A stretch of 45,695 nt of DNA from a phage, in assembly GCA_032325415.1 (NCBI GenBank), contig GCA_032325415.1_4119.2. One strand, given 5' to 3'. The position numbers and the translations under genes were made by a program. Under the pieces are notes generated by a model. That model was given only the letters and a program-made list of their open reading frames with translations. It was not told the DNA's origin and searched no databases. This document shows, piece by piece, positions 1 through 7,572 of the stretch (the first letter of the stretch is position 1; every line of letters starts with the position of its first letter).

Positions 1-150
1 AGCATGGGTTAACAATTTAATCCCCCTGGCAATGACTCAATACGAATTTAATATGTGTACAAAGATTGTTTTAACTACTAATGATATCTCTAATACGTAC
101 TACTTCCTATTAAGAGTACTATATGGTACTTTGAAATAATAAGGTATACT

Positions 151-357
151 ATGCAGAACATAAAAAACTATAAAGAGTACTATATAAGTAAACTACCACC
201 GACTGACCAAGCATGGATTAGATCTATAATAGTACTGGCATTTAATAGATATGCATTTAACAGATGTACCGAGATTGCTATAGACCCTTATAATATTAAA
301 GAGAATGTACAGCATAATCAGTACTACTATATGTTAATGCTTATATATAGGAAGTAA
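151..357 (+). CDS. hypothetical small protein (68 aa)
   Basis: ORF from track; weak SD-like AAGG upstream; no canonical promoter cassette; lies in ORF-poor structured region. Confidence 0.3.
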   Translation: MQNIKNYKEYYISKLPPTDQAWIRSIIVLAFNRYAFNRCTEIAIDPYNIKENVQHNQYYYMLMLIYRK

Positions 358-796
358 TTCAACATATAGACAGGGGAAGCTCCGCAGGGAAAGCATTGGA
401 CAGGCTTTAACATATGTTATATATGTTAAAATTCAGCCTGGACAAATGCGATCACTAGGATTCTCCCCAGGCTAAACCCCGTAATCATATGTAGTCATAA
501 GTAATCATATATAAACATTTATATGAGCACCGTAGAATCACAGAATGATTATATATGATTCAGTACTGATTAGTATAGACAAGATTGCTCAAGAATGCTA
601 GGGAAGGATTCAGTACTGCCCCAAAAGTATTCAGTACTGAAGGTGTCGATATGCCACTAAGTAGGCAGAGGAAGTCTGCCGTACTTTGTAGTTTCCAAGC
701 TCCTTTTCCATTTTGCAAATTACATCAAATGTAATCAAAAGTAATCACGCAATGATTAGTACTGAATTATTACTTTCACCTTAATTTCAATTACCC

Positions 797-816
797 TTTT
801 ACCCTTCGGGGTAAAA
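797..816. other. stable hairpin TTTTACCC-UUCG-GGGTAAAA, flanked by direct repeats TTCAATTACCC
   Basis: 8-bp stem with UUCG tetraloop; A/T runs on both sides (possible bidirectional terminator or structural element). Confidence 0.5.
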
Positions 817-1024
817 TTCAATTACCCCTTGAGGCTCCAGCAAAAAGTTGGTTAGTACTCCATCCTAAATCTCGATCCTAAAAATTTTGGAGTACCTATG
901 AAATAAAAGTTGGATCTTCGAAAGTTGAAATTTACGTTGGGACGTTTATGATTTGTGGGATATAATGATGTTTGTAGTCGGGTAGTTCTCAAGAATATCA
1001 GTACTGAAAGATGAAAGAAAGTTA

Positions 1025-1052
1025 TTGACTTTATGATTCAGTACTGTATAAT
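1025..1052 (+). promoter_or_regulatory. sigma70-like promoter with CAGTACTG in spacer; no ORF downstream (possible ncRNA)
   Basis: -35 TTGACT 1025-1030, 16-bp spacer, -10 TATAAT 1047-1052; downstream has hairpins CTGTC-GTGA-GACAG and CCACCAGC-ACAA-GCTGGTGG but only a 20-codon ORF. Confidence 0.45.
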
Positions 1053-1382
1053 GTTCTACATAGAGAGATGAGTTGCTGCGAACAATTCATTTACTCTACC
1101 TCCTGTCGTGAGACAGTACAGAAAAGATAGTTCCTCCTGTGGTGGTACATCTTTTTGAACCTCATATGAAAATCGTAATAACAGTACTGATATTAACAGA
1201 ATGGTATCAGTACTGATTTTAATCTAAAGCATTATGCCACCAGCACAAGCTGGTGGATTCCCTCTAACAGTATTCAGTACTACATGATGGTCTTCATCCT
1301 CCTAGGGTAACATAGTGAGGGCTATGATGGCAGTACTGAATACTCCCTTTCAAAAGATAGATCTATGGTATAGTACTGACGG

Positions 1383-1556
1383 ATTTTGGGCGTAGTTACC
1401 CTGGATGGATTTTGGACGTAGATATGTCTAGCCCTCCAGAAGTCTGGAAGTAAAGATGGCTATCCATCTAGACGGCTAAACGGCTAGATTTCTGGATGGC
1501 TGGATGGCTAGACGTTTGGACGGCTAAACGTCTGGATGTATGGATGGCTAAATCAA
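1383..1556. repeat. iteron-like cluster of short direct repeats (TGGATGGCT, GACGGCTAAACG, ATTTTGGGCGTAG)
   Basis: Repeated units seen directly: GACGGCTAAACG x2, TGGATGGCT x3-4, ATTTTGG(G/A)CGTAG x2; non-coding. Confidence 0.6.
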
Positions 1557-2170
1557 AATTTTTATTTTGTTTTTTCCAATAGTTCCCCTACCGCGTGGGG
1601 ATAGTTTCCCCGCAGTATCTGGTGTTAGATTTTTCTGAATCTGGAATCATTATCTTATAAACTGGGGGCAATGTCAACGGCCTGGACGGATATTTTTAAA
1701 AATTTTTTCAGTACTGAATTTTGGGCGTAACTATGCACCCGGTGGGCTTGAGTCTTTCTCGACTTGATGGAACTATTATACAGTACTGAAAAAATAAAGC
1801 AATACCCTGGAAGCAAAAAAGTTTTAATTAATTTGCTTGCTATCCTGGGCCGGACTATGGTACTATGTTTCAGTACTGAGAAAGTGCGTTTACCTGCTAG
1901 GGTGCGGGAGTGTATCCTTTTTTTATATCTTGAATTTTGGGCGTAATTCCGCACCCTCTGGGGTTTCCGCTTTCTCGCGTCTATGTAGTAATTATACGCT
2001 TTTTCAGGATCAAGTCAATACCTAAAAACAAAATAATTGAAAATAATTTAACGCGTTTAAACGGCCTGTAAAGCCCTGGAATGATTGGAATGGTGCAAAT
2101 GTATAGCTTATGTGTATTAATGCGTTAGAATGCGTCTGAGGCCGTTTTACGGGGTATAGGGATGATTTAG

Positions 2171-2268
2171 TGGATTGATTCAGTACTGAATAATAGTACT
2201 ACTATATAGAAAGATAGTTCCCCTGGATTGATTCAGTACTGAATAATAGTACTCCTATATAGAAAGAA
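2171..2268. repeat. tandem direct repeat, 2 copies of about 44 bp separated by about 10 bp
   Basis: TGGATTGATTCAGTACTGAATAATAGTACT(A/C)CTATATAGAAAGA at 2171-2214 and 2225-2268, one mismatch. Confidence 0.8.
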
Positions 2269-2298
2269 AACTATTTTAAAAGTATTTGTAGAAAGTAC

Positions 2299-2326
2299 TT
2301 GCACCGTACTGATAAAAGCGTATAAT
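2299..2326 (+). promoter_or_regulatory. sigma70-like promoter (cassette type)
   Basis: -35 TTGCAC, 16-bp spacer, -10 TATAAT 2321-2326; followed by GTTTTACATC and hairpin GCGGGA-ACACT-TCCCGC. Confidence 0.65.
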
Positions 2327-2381
2327 GTTTTACATCGAGAGCGGGAACACTTCCCGCTACACATTAAGAGAGATTAAAACG

Positions 2382-2744
2382 ATGGCGACTCAAATCAATA
2401 AAATCATGCTTAACCTGGTAAACTTCCGCGATGAGATGAAAGGTCTTCCGGCTGAAACGGTAAAAATTCACATTGCAGCTTATCGGGAACTTATTGCAAT
2501 GTTGCCGCTTAAGCGTGAACAATACGCCGCTACTTTGATGCTGGATTCAATGATCCATATAATGATCTCAAATGATTTGACGATGGTTTATCAGTATATG
2601 GGCGAAAATTTCGCGGTGTGTAGTAAGCCAGTACCAGGGATGGCAACAACTGAGGAATTGCACGGCTTAAACTTAAAACAAGATGCATGGGATAATATGC
2701 CTCGTTTCCTGGTATGGGCTGACAGTGGCAAAATTTACAAATAA
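2382..2744 (+). CDS. hypothetical protein (120 aa)
   Basis: ATG 2382 after promoter, 5' hairpin and SD; track ORF 2325 start lies inside the -10 element and is rejected. Confidence 0.65.
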   Translation: MATQINKIMLNLVNFRDEMKGLPAETVKIHIAAYRELIAMLPLKREQYAATLMLDSMIHIMISNDLTMVYQYMGENFAVCSKPVPGMATTEELHGLNLKQDAWDNMPRFLVWADSGKIYK

Positions 2745-2758
2745 GTTTAATAAAGTAC

Positions 2759-2786
2759 TTGCAAACTATGTTTAAAAGCGTATAAT
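2759..2786 (+). promoter_or_regulatory. sigma70-like promoter (cassette type)
   Basis: -35 TTGCAA 2759-2764, 16-bp spacer, -10 TATAAT 2781-2786; hairpin GGGGAA-TAG-TTCCCC 2800-2815. Confidence 0.65.
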
Positions 2787-2837
2787 GTTTTACATCAGGT
2801 GGGGAATAGTTCCCCACTATATAAGAGGATTAAAAAA

Positions 2838-3077
2838 ATGGCTAAATCAAAAATGTTCTTAGGTCACAAAAACAAAACTCATTGGAATGTAAGCCTTTGG
2901 ATTAATAACGATGAGGGATTGTATCGGTTGGCCCAGGACTTTATTAACGATAGCACTAATCGCAATGATGCGGCCCGTCATATGATGTTATTTTTAGAAC
3001 AGACTGGACAAGATAAAACACCGGACGGATTCAAATATAGCACTACTGCGATCCGTGCGGCGATGGTTGGAATGTAA
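2838..3077 (+). CDS. hypothetical protein (79 aa), paralog of 4875..5114
   Basis: SD AAGAGGA then ATG 2838; shares GHKNKTHWNVSLW...TPDGFKYSTTAIRAAMVGM with 4875..5114. Confidence 0.7.
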   Translation: MAKSKMFLGHKNKTHWNVSLWINNDEGLYRLAQDFINDSTNRNDAARHMMLFLEQTGQDKTPDGFKYSTTAIRAAMVGM

Positions 3078-3089
3078 TAGAATTTATTT

Positions 3090-3125
3090 AAAGTACTATC
3101 ATTTTTTGCGATAGTACTTTATAAT
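3090..3125 (+). promoter_or_regulatory. inverted repeat AAAGTACTATC-N9-GATAGTACTTT overlapping a -10 TATAAT (operator-type or terminator/promoter)
   Basis: Perfect 11-bp IR 3090-3100 / 3110-3120; TATAAT 3120-3125; -35 degenerate. Confidence 0.45.
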
Positions 3126-3162
3126 AGTGTTTTATTCATACACCAACGATAAGGGCAACAGC

Positions 3163-3429
3163 ATGAATATTAAGTATTTTGCGACGCGTGAACAAGCTCG
3201 GATCGCCGCACGCCAGGACGGGGCAACGTTTAAAGATATGGGAGCGGGATCGGCAAGTGGTGAACGTTGGGCCATTGTAAAGCGTAGTACGGCCAGATCA
3301 TTACAGTACTGGTTAGCGGCCTTAAAAAGTCCCGATAGTGTATCGCGTCGAGTGGTAGAAATAAAGCTCGACCGAAAGGGCAACCGCGTGACCGTGTACC
3401 GTACTAAAAAGATTGCAGTACTTGAATAA
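3163..3429 (+). CDS. hypothetical protein (88 aa), paralog of 15901..16296
   Basis: ATG 3163 downstream of TATAAT; shares KYFATREQARIAARQDGATFKDMG and DRKGNRVTVYRTKK with 15901..16296. Confidence 0.65.
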   Translation: MNIKYFATREQARIAARQDGATFKDMGAGSASGERWAIVKRSTARSLQYWLAALKSPDSVSRRVVEIKLDRKGNRVTVYRTKKIAVLE

Positions 3430-3436
3430 AAAGTAC

Positions 3437-3464
3437 TTGCAAACTATGTTTAAAGGCGTATAAT
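3437..3464 (+). promoter_or_regulatory. sigma70-like promoter (cassette type)
   Basis: -35 TTGCAA, 16-bp spacer, -10 TATAAT 3459-3464; hairpin GCGGGAA-CTC-TTCCCGC. Confidence 0.65.
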
Positions 3465-3516
3465 GTTTTACATCGAGAGCGGGAACTCTTCCCGCCTATA
3501 ACCTGGAGTAATAAAA

Positions 3517-3747
3517 ATGACTAATATGTATATGACTGAAGTTAAAACCGTAAAAGATACTACCACGAATAAAACTACTTACTTACAGCGGATCTGTGGT
3601 GTATGGCAACGTATCAGCAAATCAAAGTACTTTAAATTAACATCATATGCAAATCGTTCGGATTCATTCAGTACTGAAATAAAAGGTAATAAAGTACACC
3701 AATACGGCACTTATTATTATTACAGCCTGGACGCGATTGTAGTATAA
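3517..3747 (+). CDS. hypothetical protein (76 aa)
   Basis: SD GGAGT then ATG 3517; track ORF. Confidence 0.65.
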   Translation: MTNMYMTEVKTVKDTTTNKTTYLQRICGVWQRISKSKYFKLTSYANRSDSFSTEIKGNKVHQYGTYYYYSLDAIVV

Positions 3748-3777
3748 GAAGTTTACAAATCTTTACAATTGCCGGTA

Positions 3778-3806
3778 TTGACTTATTTTGTCAGTACTGG
3801 CATAAT
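3778..3806 (+). promoter_or_regulatory. sigma70-like promoter with no ORF downstream
   Basis: -35 TTGACT 3778-3783, 17-bp spacer, -10 CATAAT 3801-3806. Confidence 0.5.
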
Positions 3807-3960
3807 GTATTCATTGGCAGATAAGCCGTAGCCCATAGGGTGCGGGAGTGTATCTATAGCAAAATTAGTTTAGTATAGTTACAATTGTGCACCCGGTGGG
3901 TTAGCTGTTGTCATGGGGTATATTATGCCAGTACTTGATAATGCTGTCAATACTTTTTTA
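3807..3960 (+). other. candidate structured non-coding transcript carrying GCCCATAGGGTGC and its inverted partner GCACCCGGTGGG
   Basis: No ORF; the two motif copies are about 50 nt apart in opposite orientation and could pair; ends in T-run near 3950. Confidence 0.3.
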
Positions 3961-3989
3961 CTATTCAGTACTGAAAACTATTTTTAAAA

Positions 3990-4172
3990 AGTACTTGCAA
4001 ACTATGTTTAAAGGCGTATAATGTTTTACATCAGGACGGGGAACGAAATAAGTAACTCCCCGTTAAGTAGCCCAGGAGTAAGGCACACGAAAAACTCCCC
4101 TGATAAAATAGTTTGACAAATGTTTTTAAAAGCGTATAATACTTACATCAACTACTGAATGAGGGTTACAAA
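3990..4172 (+). repeat. dual-promoter leader module, copy 1 (near-identical to 14936-15117)
   Basis: Promoter A (-35 TTGCAA 3995-4000, -10 TATAAT 4017-4022), hairpin ACGGGGA...TCCCCGT, conserved AAGTAGCCCAGGAGTAAGGCACACGAAAAACTCCCCTGATAAAATAG, promoter B (-35 TTGACA 4113-4118, -10 TATAAT 4135-4140). Confidence 0.7.
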
Positions 4173-4784
4173 ATGAAAACTATCACTACTACTACTTATG
4201 TTATGGCTTTTTCTGAATTGAACGCAGAACAACAAACGTCAGCTATCGAACTGGTTCGGGAACGTGAAAAAAACTCAAACGACAATTATTTTTCTGAAAG
4301 TGAAATTGAATACTATAAAGAAACAGTACTACCGGAATATGGCATTAATGACGCTGAAATACAATTCAGTGGTTTTTGGTCCCAGGGTGACGGTGCATCA
4401 ATCAGTACTGACAGCGTGGACGCAGTGAAGTTTTTACGCAAGATTAAAGCGTTAACGAAATATCGTTCTATCCGTCACTTGTTGAATGAAGATGATTTGG
4501 CAATGAGTGTAGAACGTTCACACTCTCGCTACGCACACGAAAACACGGTAAGCGGGTACATTGAATCGGCTTACACTGATTTAACCGCAAAACAAGAAAC
4601 GTTAGTTAATGAGCTTGAGGAACTACTCACTGAAACTATTCGTGAATTGTCCCGCAAGTTGTACCGTGATTTAGAGAATGCATATGAGGATCAATTCACT
4701 ACTGAAAACATTACGGCACTGATTGAGGGTAACGAGTATCAATTCAATGTTATTGATGGCGTAGTAGAATCAATCGAATATTAA
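4173..4784 (+). CDS. hypothetical acidic protein (203 aa)
   Basis: SD GAGGG then ATG 4173; track ORF; contains FSGFWSQGDGASI motif; function not recognised with confidence. Confidence 0.7.
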   Translation: MKTITTTTYVMAFSELNAEQQTSAIELVREREKNSNDNYFSESEIEYYKETVLPEYGINDAEIQFSGFWSQGDGASISTDSVDAVKFLRKIKALTKYRSIRHLLNEDDLAMSVERSHSRYAHENTVSGYIESAYTDLTAKQETLVNELEELLTETIRELSRKLYRDLENAYEDQFTTENITALIEGNEYQFNVIDGVVESIEY

Positions 4785-4796
4785 TTTAAAAAGTAC

Positions 4797-4824
4797 TTGC
4801 AAACTAAGTTTAAAAGCGTATAAT
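4797..4824 (+). promoter_or_regulatory. sigma70-like promoter (cassette type)
   Basis: -35 TTGCAA, 16-bp spacer, -10 TATAAT 4819-4824; hairpin GCGGGGA-GTGGT-TCCCCGC. Confidence 0.65.
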
Positions 4825-4874
4825 ACTTTATATCGAGGCGGGGAGTGGTTCCCCGCTCAAACGAGGATTTAAAA

Positions 4875-5114
4875 ATGGCTAGTACTAAAACTTACAACGG
4901 TCACAAAAACAAAACTCATTGGAATGTAAGCCTTTGGGTTAATAACGGTGAGTCATTGTATCGGCTTGCTCAAAGTTGCATCGCACAAAGTAGAACTAAA
5001 GATATTGCTGCGGAATGTATGTACCGCAGATTAAAAGCCAACGGTACTACTACAACGCCGGACGGCTTTAAGTATAGCACTACTGCGATCCGTGCTGCAA
5101 TGGTTGGAATGTAA
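4875..5114 (+). CDS. hypothetical protein (79 aa), paralog of 2838..3077
   Basis: SD ACGAGGA then ATG 4875; paralogy with 2838..3077. Confidence 0.7.
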   Translation: MASTKTYNGHKNKTHWNVSLWVNNGESLYRLAQSCIAQSRTKDIAAECMYRRLKANGTTTTPDGFKYSTTAIRAAMVGM

Positions 5115-5133
5115 TATTCAGTACTGAGATAAT
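5104..5133 (+). promoter_or_regulatory. putative promoter with CAGTACTG in spacer and downstream hairpin
   Basis: -35 TTGGAA 5104-5109, 18-bp spacer, -10 GATAAT 5128-5133; hairpin GGCGGG-N8-CCCGCC 5134-5153. Confidence 0.45.
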
Positions 5134-5171
5134 GGCGGGTAATAGTTCCCGCCTTTACTGAGGGTTATCTA

Positions 5172-5432
5172 ATGAGTAAAGTAATTGCCTATACAGTACT
5201 AAGTAAATCATTATCTATCAGTCATTGCACCGATGGTTATTGGCTATTTGATGAAACGCGTGGCATGAATTTAGCTATGCGTGCAAAAACTGCTGAGGCG
5301 GCGTATATTCAAGCACTGGAATACTACCAGGAACGTTTAAAGGAAGTAGAAGAAGATTATAAAAGCCTCAAAGCGAAAGTAGATCATTTCGTCGGTCAAT
5401 TCATCGAGGAAGACGACGACAAACAATATTGA
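5172..5432 (+). CDS. hypothetical protein (86 aa)
   Basis: SD GAGGG then ATG 5172; track ORF. Confidence 0.65.
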   Translation: MSKVIAYTVLSKSLSISHCTDGYWLFDETRGMNLAMRAKTAEAAYIQALEYYQERLKEVEEDYKSLKAKVDHFVGQFIEEDDDKQY

Positions 5433-5440
5433 AAAAGTAC

Positions 5441-5468
5441 TTGCAATTAGTTTTCAGTACTGTATAAT
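5441..5468 (+). promoter_or_regulatory. sigma70-like promoter
   Basis: -35 TTGCAA 5441-5446, 16-bp spacer containing CAGTACTG, -10 TATAAT 5463-5468. Confidence 0.6.
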
Positions 5469-5506
5469 ACTTTATATCGAGTTAACACTATCCAGGAGCT
5501 TTAATC

Positions 5507-5689
5507 ATGACAACATTATCTGAGGTTATCCGCGAGCAAGCTGCGAAAGCTGGAATGACTGTTATTGATGTAGGGATCGAGGTCGAGATCTCCCCTAACG
5601 AATTGCAAGGCATACCCATGCCTACTAGCTGGGATCGTGCGGGGCGTATGATGCGTGATCACTGGACACTAAGCAATAAAGGCGTATAA
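5507..5689 (+). CDS. hypothetical protein (60 aa)
   Basis: SD CCAGGAG then ATG 5507; stop TAA 5687-5689 lies inside the next -10 hexamer. Confidence 0.6.
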   Translation: MTTLSEVIREQAAKAGMTVIDVGIEVEISPNELQGIPMPTSWDRAGRMMRDHWTLSNKGV

Positions 5690-5690
5690 T
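5663..5690 (+). promoter_or_regulatory. sigma70-like promoter embedded in 3' end of upstream gene
   Basis: -35 TGGACA 5663-5668, 16-bp spacer, -10 TATAAT 5685-5690; leader is a duplicate of the 5469-5506 leader. Confidence 0.55.
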
Positions 5691-5728
5691 ACTTTATATC
5701 GAGTTAACACTATCCAGGAGTAACGGCA

Positions 5729-5917
5729 ATGTTTAATATTTTAATCGTTAATGAACAAGGTAACGAGATTGAAACAATTCAATCCCCAATTAATCCGATT
5801 GGTGCTCATAGTCTGGTAACAGAAAAAGCGGTTTATGATTGTATAGAGTTTTCTGCGTCCTTTAAAAATAATCAGATTGTTGTGCACGTTGAAAATGATT
5901 TTATGGAATTTAATTAA
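5729..5917 (+). CDS. hypothetical protein (62 aa)
   Basis: SD CCAGGAGT then ATG 5729; track ORF. Confidence 0.6.
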   Translation: MFNILIVNEQGNEIETIQSPINPIGAHSLVTEKAVYDCIEFSASFKNNQIVVHVENDFMEFN

Positions 5918-5923
5918 AAGTAC

Positions 5924-5951
5924 TTGCAATTAGTTTTCAGTACTGTATAAT
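5924..5951 (+). promoter_or_regulatory. sigma70-like promoter (cassette type)
   Basis: -35 TTGCAA 5924-5929, 16-bp spacer, -10 TATAAT 5946-5951; hairpin AGGGAGAA-ATGG-TTCTCCCT. Confidence 0.65.
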
Positions 5952-6001
5952 GGTTTACATCAAAGGGAGAAATGGTTCTCCCTGGTAATGAGGAAAATAC
6001 A

Positions 6002-6223
6002 ATGGCTAATATCACTACTCTTTCCCAACTGGAAGCACTGGTTAAATCTATGCGGGAACATGCTGACAAAATCGGCGTACAAGATCCAGCCGTTTGCTTC
6101 TGCGACGAATTGAATGATGATACCCTGGTAATAGCAGAAGTCCAGGACGTTTCTAACTATTCCTCGCGTTACACTGGCGGCGTAGCAAATAAAGGCGACT
6201 TCTGTTTATACCTTACAAAATAA
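6002..6223 (+). CDS. hypothetical protein (73 aa)
   Basis: SD GAGGAAA then ATG 6002, in frame with track ORF 5972 whose start lies in the leader hairpin. Confidence 0.65.
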   Translation: MANITTLSQLEALVKSMREHADKIGVQDPAVCFCDELNDDTLVIAEVQDVSNYSSRYTGGVANKGDFCLYLTK

Positions 6224-6228
6224 CAACG

Positions 6229-6258
6229 CGGGGAGATAATAACTCCCCGTTACTTTTT
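6229..6258 (+). terminator. rho-independent terminator
   Basis: CGGGGAG-ATAATAA-CTCCCCG followed by TTACTTTTT. Confidence 0.7.
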
Positions 6259-6391
6259 CAGTACTGAATCATTTAATAGACGGATCTCGGCACCCGGTGG
6301 GTTAGTGACTGTTTCGTCTTGATGTAGTAATTATGCCAGTACTGGATGCACTTGTCAACAATTATTTTTCAAATACTTTTTATTAAAATAC

Positions 6392-6419
6392 TTGCAATTA
6401 GTTTTTAAACGCGTATAAT
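6392..6419 (+). promoter_or_regulatory. sigma70-like promoter (cassette type)
   Basis: -35 TTGCAA 6392-6397, 16-bp spacer, -10 TATAAT 6414-6419; hairpin GGGGA-GCGGT-TCCCC. Confidence 0.65.
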
Positions 6420-6466
6420 GTTTTGCATAGGGGGAGCGGTTCCCCTGGTAACTAAGGAATAAGAAA

Positions 6467-6703
6467 ATGGTCGAACAAATCAAATCAACGTCTGCGAATG
6501 TAACGGGAACGGTATCCCACTTTACTAGTGATGAATCGCGTGGTGTTCCTTATTGTGCTGTACATGTAAACACTGATGGCAACTACTGGTTTACGGTTTA
6601 CGGATCATATTCATTTGGTCGGCCAGGACATCAAAAAATCCTGGATAAAGTACAACCAACGGGTAAAAATATCACTGCCGAAATGTTTTATAAAAAATCA
6701 TAA
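6467..6703 (+). CDS. hypothetical protein (78 aa)
   Basis: SD TAAGGAAT then ATG 6467; track ORF. Confidence 0.65.
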   Translation: MVEQIKSTSANVTGTVSHFTSDESRGVPYCAVHVNTDGNYWFTVYGSYSFGRPGHQKILDKVQPTGKNITAEMFYKKS

Positions 6704-6708
6704 AGTAC

Positions 6709-6736
6709 TTGATAATAGTTTTTAGTACTGTATAAT
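6709..6736 (+). promoter_or_regulatory. sigma70-like promoter (cassette type)
   Basis: -35 TTGATA 6709-6714, 16-bp spacer, -10 TATAAT 6731-6736; hairpin GGGGGAGCGGTTCCCCC. Confidence 0.6.
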
Positions 6737-6787
6737 ATTTTACATCGCAAGGGGGAGCGGTTCCCCCTGGTAACTAAGGATAATCAA

Positions 6788-7087
6788 ATGAAAATTGCAA
6801 TCATCGCCCTGGCTTTATCTGTTTCCTCTTTCGCTGTTAATGCGTCGTTAGATGTAAGTAGTGAAAAATTCATTCAGTGCACTGTTGCAATGACCGATGA
6901 AAGTACTGGCGAGATTGTATTAAAGGATTTAGAGATCCAGCCGGAAGCATTTAAAAACGGCCCGTTCCATGAAGAAGACGAAAAAGGTAGCACGACAATT
7001 TATTACGATGCAAGTACTAAACGCGGTTCGGTCACTGTAATGGATACGGAGAAAGTAACTCATACTGGCGTTATTAATTGCCGTTGA
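6788..7087 (+). CDS. predicted secreted/periplasmic protein (99 aa) with N-terminal signal peptide
   Basis: N-terminus MKIAIIALALSVSSFAVNA has a basic residue, hydrophobic core and AxA-like cleavage context; SD TAAGGAT. Confidence 0.65.
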   Translation: MKIAIIALALSVSSFAVNASLDVSSEKFIQCTVAMTDESTGEIVLKDLEIQPEAFKNGPFHEEDEKGSTTIYYDASTKRGSVTVMDTEKVTHTGVINCR

Positions 7088-7108
7088 TAGATACTACGGG
7101 GTAACATC

Positions 7109-7339
7109 ATGACTAAGCGAATTGTTTTACTTAACGAAAGCAGTACTACACAACTACTTAACGCCGTACATTATGATATTGAAACGAGTGTTAATCTTAT
7201 CAGTACTGTAGTACTATTGGACACTGGAAAGGTCGCCAATGAAAAAGCTATTGCAGGTGTACTAACTGATCTTGAGCCTGGTAGCAGTACACCCATAACG
7301 TTAAATGATAAAGTGTTTAATGTTTTAATTACTGAATAA
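7109..7339 (+). CDS. hypothetical protein (76 aa)
   Basis: Track ORF 22 nt after previous stop; likely co-transcribed; followed by terminator. Confidence 0.55.
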   Translation: MTKRIVLLNESSTTQLLNAVHYDIETSVNLISTVVLLDTGKVANEKAIAGVLTDLEPGSSTPITLNDKVFNVLITE

Positions 7340-7345
7340 GTACAT

Positions 7346-7368
7346 AGCCCACCTGGTGGGCTTTTTTG
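7346..7368 (+). terminator. rho-independent terminator
   Basis: AGCCCACC-TGGT-GGGCT hairpin followed by TTTTTTGTTTTTG. Confidence 0.75.
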
Positions 7369-7421
7369 TTTTTGTAGTATCGTAGTACTGAGATACTTTG
7401 AAAATAGTTTTAAGAAAGTAG

Positions 7422-7449
7422 TTGACATTACCGCAGAAAAGCGTAGAAT
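7422..7449 (+). promoter_or_regulatory. sigma70-like promoter; leader is a diverged variant of the dual-promoter module
   Basis: -35 TTGACA 7422-7427, 16-bp spacer, -10 TAGAAT 7444-7449; hairpin ACGGGGAG...; second putative promoter TTGATA 7523-7528 / TAAACT. Confidence 0.55.
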
Positions 7450-7572
7450 GTATTACATCAAGACGGGGAGCACTAAGTAGACCGCCAGTAAGTCGAACGA
7501 AAAACTGGACACGTCGAGAAAACTTTGATACACTAATAAACGTAAACTAAACTTTAATTGAGGATTTATAAA

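Larger units (their letters stand above)
555..2245. repeat. dispersed array of about 15 copies of palindrome (A)TTCAGTACTGA(A) in non-coding DNA
   Basis: Motif read directly at approx 558, 612, 636, 760, 1000, 1035, 1190, 1215, 1275, 1333, 1372, 1711, 1782, 1871, 2190, 2235; no convincing ORFs on either strand. Confidence 0.7.

Noticed and set aside
1655-1954. Minus-strand ORF of 99 aa in the 5' non-coding region (and + strand ORFs 1764..1946, 1837..2025)
   Set aside because: They overlap each other and span repeat and palindrome elements, with no SD or promoter context; most likely chance ORFs.
360-2280. tRNA genes in the structured non-coding region
   Set aside because: I found no segment with a recognisable T-arm (GTTCGAATCC-type) and acceptor-stem pairing by eye; tRNAs cannot be fully excluded without a tRNA scanner.
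2325-2381. Track ORF starts beginning MFYIESG at 2325, 8284 and 10129 (and similar at 2799, 3127, 5972, 15437, 17715, 20112)
   Set aside because: These start codons lie inside the -10 element or leader hairpin of the conserved promoter cassette, so they cannot be on the mRNA or precede the SD; the recurring peptide is just a translation of the conserved promoter sequence. True starts are the downstream ATGs after the SD.
4173-4784. Assigning a specific function (for example antirestriction) to the acidic 203-aa protein
   Set aside because: The FSGFWSQGDGA motif feels familiar but I cannot tie it to a named family from memory; left as hypothetical.
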